The notes beneath the pieces were generated by a model. It saw nothing but the letters and a program-made list of their open reading frames with translations, did no database searches and was not told the DNA's origin. A stretch of DNA of 13,576 nt from Candidatus Asgardarchaeum abyssi (GTDB lineage Archaea; Asgardarchaeota; Asgardarchaeia; Asgardarchaeales; Asgardarchaeaceae): the NCBI GenBank assembly GCA_040225955.1, contig JBECUL010000053.1, positions 1-13,576 of the forward strand, written 5' to 3'. The stretch's first letter is position 1. Each line of letters starts with the position of its first letter. This document shows, in pieces, positions 7,160-13,576 of the stretch. A program made the position numbers and the translations under genes.

Positions 7160-8296
7160 ATACTTCTTTGCTATAAGTACCCTAAAAATGCCGGGGATGC
7201 TATGTTCAAAAAGGTATGCGTATTCTTTAAGCCCATGTTCGTTTAGTTGTCTATTAAAATGGTTAATATATAGGTTTCCCGAAAGTTCATCCCTAAATTT
7301 AATAAAATGCGGACGTACCATCCAATTTTCTTTTAGAAACTTTGTTATAAAAATAATTACGCCATTAGTTTTTAAATGATTTTTAATAATCTGTAACGTG
7401 ATACCCGTATTGGTATATAGCTTTTTGAAGTTCTCTAATACTACTACTAAATCGTATTTTCTACTCTTGAGATTATAATCTTCCAAGAAGTCTATTTTCA
7501 TTTGTAAAAAGTCATGCAGATAACTTTTCATTATACTTTCAGATTTTTTATCATCACAAAATACATCGATTTTTTCTATATTTTGAAGCATTTTTACTAA
7601 AATAAAAACTACTTGATGATAACAACCGAGAACAAGTACACTCCTAACATTTTTCAAATTTAAAAGGGAGAGTGTCGCTTGCAGTAAAAACTGCGAGACA
7701 ATTCTATTTATAGATGCTTGCGTCCAGATGAGCCCCTTATTAAAATATATAGCTTTATTGAATATTTGTAGTATCGAGAATACAGTTGAGTATGGCACAT
7801 CAATTTTACTCTGCAGGAATTTTATTAGAGGTGTACTTTTTATGGTTATCTTATTTTTTAGTAAAAATTTGTCATCAATCCTATCAGCTAAATTAAACAT
7901 TACAAGACTTACAAAAAGGTGATATAAGTGAGATTTAGCGTTAACAAGTAATTTTTTATCTACGATTATGTCGTCTATACTTACAGGAACACCAACATAC
8001 CGATCTAAACCAAAGTTTATAATTAGCGTGGGGAACACTACATATCTCCAAAAGTCATCAAATCCATATATTATTTTTAACGCTAGCACGATATTCATGA
8101 ATCTTTTTCCAAGTAACTTAGAAACACTAAAAGGTAAGTGTTTAGCAAATAATTTTGCAAACATCAATTTTAAGATCATTATTTTTTGAAACATAGAATC
8201 ACGATTTAACTTCCTTCCAGCTGGATAAAATTTTTTCCCTCCTAGTAGGAAAAACGATCCTCGACTTTTTTCCCTCCTAGTAGGAAAAACGATCAT
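7124..8296 (-). CDS. Class I SAM-dependent methyltransferase-fold protein with N-terminal wHTH-like region and degenerate motif I (true start may be ATG 8179 or 8194)
   Basis: VRSVLVLGCYHQ (motif I-like), IDVFC, KYDLVVVLENF, LQIIKNHLKTNGVIIF. The segment VSIDDI..LYHLFVSLVMFNLADRIDDKFLLK resembles O-methyltransferase dimerisation wHTH domains. Confidence 0.7.
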   Translation of the reverse strand: MIVFPTRREKSRGSFFLLGGKKFYPAGRKLNRDSMFQKIMILKLMFAKLFAKHLPFSVSKLLGKRFMNIVLALKIIYGFDDFWRYVVFPTLIINFGLDRYVGVPVSIDDIIVDKKLLVNAKSHLYHLFVSLVMFNLADRIDDKFLLKNKITIKSTPLIKFLQSKIDVPYSTVFSILQIFNKAIYFNKGLIWTQASINRIVSQFLLQATLSLLNLKNVRSVLVLGCYHQVVFILVKMLQNIEKIDVFCDDKKSESIMKSYLHDFLQMKIDFLEDYNLKSRKYDLVVVLENFKKLYTNTGITLQIIKNHLKTNGVIIFITKFLKENWMVRPHFIKFRDELSGNLYINHFNRQLNEHGLKEYAYLFEHSIPGIFRVLIAKKYSVSYKNQKGAP

Positions 8297-8302
8297 TATT
8301 TT
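8174..8302. repeat. 12-bp direct repeat GATCATTATTTT flanking a 105-bp segment
   Basis: Copies at 8174-8185 and 8291-8302. On the minus strand each reads AAAATAATGATC and contains the TAATG stop/start overlap. Confidence 0.75.
8231..8294. repeat. Two identical 29-bp direct repeats, 6-nt spacer, each internally palindromic
   Basis: TTTTTTCCCTCCTAGTAGGAAAAACGATC at 8231-8259 and 8266-8294. The core is TCCTA-G-TAGGA with arms TTTTTCC/GGAAAAA. Confidence 0.95.
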
Positions 8303-10554
8303 AATGAAATTGCCCTCTCAAGAGCTTTACGACCCCTCTCAGTGAGCTCGAATTGTATTCGTTTTGAACTTCCAGTAAAAGTTATAATTGGTTTAACTAA
8401 TGACAACTCTTGTAATCTTTTTATAATCCTTTTTAGCGTGTCAAAAGATAAATCCTCTAGTATATTTGCAAGCGCTAGTAATGTTAGGGGCATTTCGTCA
8501 AGCCATGTCAATATTCTGATAACGGAATCTTTTAAATCCCTAAATTCAAGTGCAAGCAAATCATAATTTTCTTGAGGGAGGGCTAATTGATTTGGCTCTT
8601 TCAAAAAATCACTCTCTTCTTCAATATTCTCGTATTCAAGAATAAGCGGTATTGGCAATTGTAAGTCTTTTCTATATAATAGAACTCTATCATTACCCAT
8701 TGTTCTTAGAAAGGAAATCTGTTGAATTTTATGTCTATGCTCACTGTAAAGCCCTTCTCCTGCTTCACTTAGTCGAATATAACCAGCTATTATTTTTGCA
8801 TCATCCAATGCTTTAAGTTCGCCAACTGCGAAATTGTCACAAAGAGAGTATATATCCCTAGCTATTTTTGATGGCATAGTTGTACTGAAGTGAAACAGAA
8901 TACCGACTTTATTAAGCTCCTTAATTAAACTTGTTAAGAGCTCTGGAGCTTTGTTGCTGAGAAAATTTTCAACGGAATCCACTAAAACTATTATTTTTTC
9001 ATTCTTCCTTTTAGAAGTAAGTATTCTATAAAGTATGAAATAAAATATAAGAGAGTGTAGAAATAGTTCCCTTTTCACACCAAAGAAAATAATATTCGAC
9101 TTATAAAGAGCCTCTTCAAATTTAATAGAGTCGGATAGGTAAAAGCGTCTATTCTTATCTACGACAATTGATAATAGAAAATTTCTGAAATTTTGCAACT
9201 CTGCTTTTACCTTATAAGGTAACGGCTCAGTGAGCATACCATCAATTATTCCAATGAGTGTATCAACTGTTGGTTCTGCATCTTCAAACCCTCTCTGTAA
9301 AACTAAAAAAAGATTAGGATCCGCCGGATTTGAAATATAATTGGATAACGTTAGAGCTAAGAGTAAGAATCTAATATATCCTTGGATATTGCTTTTTTGT
9401 GATGGATTTAAAATATTAATTGAGGCATTATAACCGATTATATACCTTGGCAAGTCTTTAAAATCTCTAATTCTAAGAAGCTTACTATCAGAATCTGCAA
9501 TAATAATGTAACGAATATTATCAATTATGGCTTTCTTTAGAATTTTATAATTAATAAGTTCTACAATCTCTTTATTATCTGCGGCAATAATAGTGTTCGA
9601 TGTAAGTAAGTTGTCCCACTTGAATCCTGCTTTTTCTTTTAATTTTTCCTCATTAATTCCTTCAGGATCGTAAATAAATCCTATATCGATATCACTCTCC
9701 ACCGACTGCGGTACAATAAATTCGCTTGGCAGTACAGTTCGTATATTTTTAATGAACATGGGTGATATATCGATAAATCGTTCTACTTCAATACCCCATA
9801 AATAAAAGGATGATAAGAGAGGGGGGCTGCCATCCAAGATTAGTGATAATTCTTTTGCGCCAAGTCTTCTAATCCTAGTATGTGGAAATGCAGAGAGAAA
9901 ACTCGCCATGAGAATGGACATATTCCTTTCGATCTTATTACTGATCTTTTCGAGCCAACCAGGAATGATTCTCGATTCTACAAAGGTTCCTATGATTATA
10001 GCACTTTTCCATAATCCATAGTGTGATACTAATGCGATACCTCTTTTTTCCTTACTTAAGCCACTGCTAATAATCTTCTGAGACTTATTAATAGGATAGT
10101 TAAGAATCGTATAGAAAAATGGGATATTCTCTATCATCGCACTCCTCACAAAGTATCTTAATTTCCCTTGAATTCTTAATGGTAACTCAGATATTTCAAA
10201 AGCAGAGTAAGCTTTAGCTGTAAGCGATTTTTCATCGATTCTTATTAGAACCTTACCATCTTTTATTAATGTTGTTTCGTCCGCTTTTGCAAGCAATAAA
10301 ATCGCTCTTTTCAAAACTTTCATTATAGTGAGATATAGTGAAATGAGTAACAATGAAACAACGATAGACAGTATGATAGTATTGAGGGTTAGGATTTTAG
10401 TGAATACGATGTAAATTAACGACGTTATTGAAAATACAAGCCCAAGGAGAGGTGCTTTTAGCCTTGCTATTATGCCTTCTTTTCGCTTTAATGGCAATGA
10501 AGCAAACGATGCCTCGTCATCCCTTTCAAAATTTTTCTCAGCCATTTTTATCAT
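8296..10554 (-). CDS. Membrane-anchored HerA/FtsK/VirB4-like P-loop-fold protein with degenerate Walker motifs and C-terminal winged helix
   Basis: Two N-terminal hydrophobic helices (about aa 35-80). DIDIGFIY..NTIIAADNKE sits at the Walker A position, followed by INILNP, IIVLVDSVENF at the Walker B position, and LNKVGILFHFSTTMPSKIARDIYSLCDNFAVGEL (compare RKyGv.lilaTQ.Psdi...v.sn). The C-terminus LTLLALAN..TLKRIIKRLQELSLVK..FELTERGRKAL is a typical wHTH. Confidence 0.75.
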   Translation of the reverse strand: MIKMAEKNFERDDEASFASLPLKRKEGIIARLKAPLLGLVFSITSLIYIVFTKILTLNTIILSIVVSLLLISLYLTIMKVLKRAILLLAKADETTLIKDGKVLIRIDEKSLTAKAYSAFEISELPLRIQGKLRYFVRSAMIENIPFFYTILNYPINKSQKIISSGLSKEKRGIALVSHYGLWKSAIIIGTFVESRIIPGWLEKISNKIERNMSILMASFLSAFPHTRIRRLGAKELSLILDGSPPLLSSFYLWGIEVERFIDISPMFIKNIRTVLPSEFIVPQSVESDIDIGFIYDPEGINEEKLKEKAGFKWDNLLTSNTIIAADNKEIVELINYKILKKAIIDNIRYIIIADSDSKLLRIRDFKDLPRYIIGYNASINILNPSQKSNIQGYIRFLLLALTLSNYISNPADPNLFLVLQRGFEDAEPTVDTLIGIIDGMLTEPLPYKVKAELQNFRNFLLSIVVDKNRRFYLSDSIKFEEALYKSNIIFFGVKRELFLHSLIFYFILYRILTSKRKNEKIIVLVDSVENFLSNKAPELLTSLIKELNKVGILFHFSTTMPSKIARDIYSLCDNFAVGELKALDDAKIIAGYIRLSEAGEGLYSEHRHKIQQISFLRTMGNDRVLLYRKDLQLPIPLILEYENIEEESDFLKEPNQLALPQENYDLLALEFRDLKDSVIRILTWLDEMPLTLLALANILEDLSFDTLKRIIKRLQELSLVKPIITFTGSSKRIQFELTERGRKALERAISLK

Positions 10555-10597
10555 CAGAAAGTAGGAGATTTTGAAAGTATTTTTTTAAATGTTTTCA

Positions 10598-13417
10598 TCA
10601 TAGAGCGAGCTTACTAAGTACAGGCATTAGATTGTTAAGTTCATCTTTATTTTCTGTGATAATTTTAACAAGGACACTCTTCTGAACTGGTTTTATAGCT
10701 ATTATAGTATTGTCCTTCGATAATATTTTACCCGCAATGTTATCTCCTTCAACTTGAAAATCAAGTCTTTTAAGTTCGTTAACAATGTTTTCCTCACTTG
10801 TTTGTATAAGAAGAACGTCCATATATTTCCATCTTGACGAAAAAACATCATATGGAATAAACCTTTTGGGAATATGACCCGCTCTTAATTTTACGAAACT
10901 TCTCATAAATACAAAAACTCCTAAAGCGCTAGGTGCAATTATTCCAATTATTAGATTTTTGAAAGAAGGAATTATAGTAATGATAAAAGATTTTCTTAAA
11001 AGTAAAACTCCATTAGGTCCTATAAATTCTAGAATCAGCTCTCTTTTTCCAAAATCATAAATTGTTTCTTCAATGTAGGTGACTTGTAGCTCTATTGCAT
11101 ATGTTTTATTTTTAGATAACACTATATGAGTCCCGTTAGCTACGAATGGCCTCTTAGCTGAAAGAGTTATATTAATCTCTTTTGAAAACTTACTTCTTAG
11201 GTTTACTATTACTTTATATGACATTCCTTGTTCCATGAAAGAGGGATGTTTTACACTCAGAATTTCAATACCACTGTCAACAAAAATACTCAAACATTCG
11301 AAGAGTATGAAAATTCTTGAATTTTCTAAAACGAAGGTAATTGTCAAATTCCCGGATTTCCAGATTCTTTCTGAAGTTATATTTAGAATAGACTCACCTG
11401 GTTTTATAATAATTGATTTGTTAAACAAGTTGGTTGAATTCAAAATTCCTCTTGGAAGTATTGTTATTGTTTCATTTAAAATATTCAGAAAATGGAGTGT
11501 GACATTCAAAGAATCCCCTTGTACTATACTACTAGGAGCGTTTAACTTATAAAATACCGTCTGAGATGAATTTACAATCTTGAAAGTCTCTTTACCGTTA
11601 CATTGCACCTTTATTTTATATTCACTTGGATATTTAGGTACAAAGACTATTTCATTCCAAAGTCTATTCTCAAAGATCCCTTTAAATAAAACATCTCCTC
11701 TAAACATACTTATTATGCTAAGGTTAACTGAAGACTCAACCAGAGTCCATCTCCGAGTTTCAAAAACAGAGAAATTTAACTCGGTTTCCACACCTTGAAT
11801 AAATTTTGGATCTTCTTTAAATACCAGTGATATTTCATCTACTTCCCATTCAACAGCATTTCGAATTACTTGGCTAGAAAAATTATTGGGAATTATTATT
11901 CCAAACAGAATTATATTTGGCTGCCCCATAATGAACTTCAAAATGCTCATGTTTCTTTTTTCATTTAGTATTATATCGAGATCTCCTAAAGCAAAAGTAT
12001 ATGCATGTTCTATTGTTTCATTAATGATATTGAATATTGGAATTCTATGAAGTAACGGGTGATATATAATGTCAGGTTTCATCAATGAGGCTTTGAAACT
12101 CCACTCTAAACTGATATTTTTTCCAAGTACATCTCTGAAATATACTGCAGCACTGGCCCCTAGAAAGATTACTTTTCCATCTCCTACAGCAGTAACGATA
12201 TTATGTAAAGTTTCTTCCGATGTGACTAGGGGGTCTACTATTATTGTATGACTATTAAGGGCCGTTGTTAATTCTGTTAAATCTATAAAGTTAATGTTAG
12301 ATAACGTTCTCTCGAGTGTGTATATCCAGTCGCTTGTTATGGTATTATTTGTCGGTAGATTAAAGCTACTCATCATCAAAAGTGCTTCAAGAAGAATTGT
12401 AGCGTTTCTGATTTTTTCTAATGAAACATAATCGATTGTATCTTCGGGTGAAAATGCTTTGCTTGAGCTATAATTTTCTTCGGAAATCACAACAGCGTTG
12501 ATATTATAATTATAAAATATAAACTCACCAGCGCCCCTATAGTCAATTGCTCTACTTTCTTCGAAATAAGCAAATGAAAAGTCCAAAGCTTTTCTAAGCG
12601 CACTCTCTTTATTTTTAAGTATTCCATTTTTATCAAATATTGATATTCTGCCAATTTTATAGCCTATCTGATCTATAAAGAATACAGTTTTAACCGTGAT
12701 ATTACTTTGTTCTAAATAATCCAAGAACTTAATAATACCGAGATGATTGCAAGTCTCAGCGGATATAAAGGCTATTATAATTGGTCTTTTTATGTTTTCC
12801 ATGTTAATTTTTCTTAAGGCCATTAAAAGTGCTGTAACACCACTGGCATCGTCATCAACTCCAGGTGAGTCATCGGGATATTCCTTCTGAGCAAAATTTA
12901 ACGACAAGCTATCATAGTGTGCAAGAAAAACAGTAACGGTCTCATCAGATGTGATATTTCCTATTTTTACAATAATATTAGCAGTATAATATGTTCTTGA
13001 GTTGTATTCCACATCAAACCATTGCTCTGAATAATTAAGTTGCAAATAATCTAAAGATAACTTTAGGATGCTTCTCGTTAGGTTATTTCCCTCTTTACTA
13101 ATATGTCTGCTTGAAAATATTGTTATTTCTGATAATGTCTGAGCGATTTCACTGGTGCTTGGAGATTTTATATTTGCACGCAAGAATTCATGAGTATATG
13201 TGAAGTTCCCTATATAGTAGACATTTGTTAATGAGTTGTTTTCCGCTTGTTTTTCTTTGAAGTTTACTTTATGATTGCTTTGCTTTTGTATTTTTGTAAT
13301 TTTTATAAATGAGTTATTATTTTCATTGAGATTAGTTATATTAATTAGAATGGTAGCTGATGACAGTATTAGGATGATTGTTATAATTGTAAGTTTAATA
13401 GTTACTCTCTTTCTCAT
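10598..13417 (-). CDS. Large membrane/surface protein: M28 peptidase-fold domain (incomplete Zn site), alpha/beta domain, Ig-like repeats, C-terminal TM and cytoplasmic tail
   Basis: N-terminal basic + hydrophobic segment, then ANIIVKI, AHYDS, SPGVDDDASGVTALL, ISAET, FFIDQIG, FSPEDT. Beta-rich repeats (APSSIVQGDSLNVT, HPSFMEQGMSYKVIV) and many NxS/T sequons follow. TM LIIGIIAPSALGVFVFM precedes a tail of about 100 aa. Confidence 0.85.
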   Translation of the reverse strand: MRKRVTIKLTIITIILILSSATILINITNLNENNNSFIKITKIQKQSNHKVNFKEKQAENNSLTNVYYIGNFTYTHEFLRANIKSPSTSEIAQTLSEITIFSSRHISKEGNNLTRSILKLSLDYLQLNYSEQWFDVEYNSRTYYTANIIVKIGNITSDETVTVFLAHYDSLSLNFAQKEYPDDSPGVDDDASGVTALLMALRKINMENIKRPIIIAFISAETCNHLGIIKFLDYLEQSNITVKTVFFIDQIGYKIGRISIFDKNGILKNKESALRKALDFSFAYFEESRAIDYRGAGEFIFYNYNINAVVISEENYSSSKAFSPEDTIDYVSLEKIRNATILLEALLMMSSFNLPTNNTITSDWIYTLERTLSNINFIDLTELTTALNSHTIIVDPLVTSEETLHNIVTAVGDGKVIFLGASAAVYFRDVLGKNISLEWSFKASLMKPDIIYHPLLHRIPIFNIINETIEHAYTFALGDLDIILNEKRNMSILKFIMGQPNIILFGIIIPNNFSSQVIRNAVEWEVDEISLVFKEDPKFIQGVETELNFSVFETRRWTLVESSVNLSIISMFRGDVLFKGIFENRLWNEIVFVPKYPSEYKIKVQCNGKETFKIVNSSQTVFYKLNAPSSIVQGDSLNVTLHFLNILNETITILPRGILNSTNLFNKSIIIKPGESILNITSERIWKSGNLTITFVLENSRIFILFECLSIFVDSGIEILSVKHPSFMEQGMSYKVIVNLRSKFSKEINITLSAKRPFVANGTHIVLSKNKTYAIELQVTYIEETIYDFGKRELILEFIGPNGVLLLRKSFIITIIPSFKNLIIGIIAPSALGVFVFMRSFVKLRAGHIPKRFIPYDVFSSRWKYMDVLLIQTSEENIVNELKRLDFQVEGDNIAGKILSKDNTIIAIKPVQKSVLVKIITENKDELNNLMPVLSKLAL

Positions 13418-13472
13418 CTTTCATCGAAAGCCAGAAGAAATAAAAGTCAATTTAAAAAGATTTTGTTTTTCA

Positions 13473-13576
13473 TTATTTTAAGTTAATTTTCGTCTTCTGC
13501 GAGCACATGTAAAAATTAAGGAATTTCTGATTTAAGATGTTTTCGCATTCATCAATCCCCAAAATCATGACCCTCT
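13473..13576 (-). CDS. Possible 3' end of an upstream CDS entering from the window edge
   Basis: An open frame from the edge reads RVMILGIDECENILNQKFLNFYMCSQKTKINLK*. It is too short to confirm. Confidence 0.3.
   Translation of the reverse strand, partial: RVMILGIDECENILNQKFLNFYMCSQKTKINLK

Noticed and set aside
8231-8294. Mini CRISPR array
   Set aside because: Only two repeats, a 6-nt spacer, and no cas genes in the window.
7124-10554. HerA-based defence or restriction-modification system
   Set aside because: No nuclease, SIR2 or NurA partner, no DPPY/NPPY or PC DNA-methyltransferase motif, and the ATPase motifs are degenerate.
954-13481. Short ORFs antisense to long genes (954, 1368, 3402, 4125, 5021, 6684, 7188, 7728, 7968, 8342, 11235, 11580, 12069, 13275)
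   Set aside because: Shadow ORFs on the opposite strand of well-supported CDSs.

Overview
AT-rich archaeal window with GGTGA-type ribosome-binding sites, BRE/TATA promoters and an archaeal ATP-dependent DNA ligase. The gene content (MglA-like GTPase, roadblock protein, DENN/folliculin-like protein) suggests an Asgard archaeon, which is an inference. From left to right: (1) a decayed HTH + tnpB transposon remnant flanked by two GC-rich structured, omegaRNA-like elements (1-174 on -, about 534-605 on +); (2) a GH3-family adenylating enzyme; (3) DNA ligase; (4) a roadblock/MglB-like + MglA-like small GTPase pair, divergent from a protein with two tandem DENN/folliculin-like cores and a small ORF, which is the best candidate for an undescribed GTPase signalling module; (5) a minus-strand run of three proteins whose catalytic motifs all look degenerate: a membrane M28 peptidase-fold/Ig-like surface protein, a membrane-anchored HerA/VirB4-like pseudo-ATPase with a C-terminal wHTH, and a wHTH-SAM methyltransferase-fold protein. 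The last junction carries a 105-bp apparent insertion with tandem 29-bp palindromic repeats. All family calls come from motif reading by eye; no searches were run.
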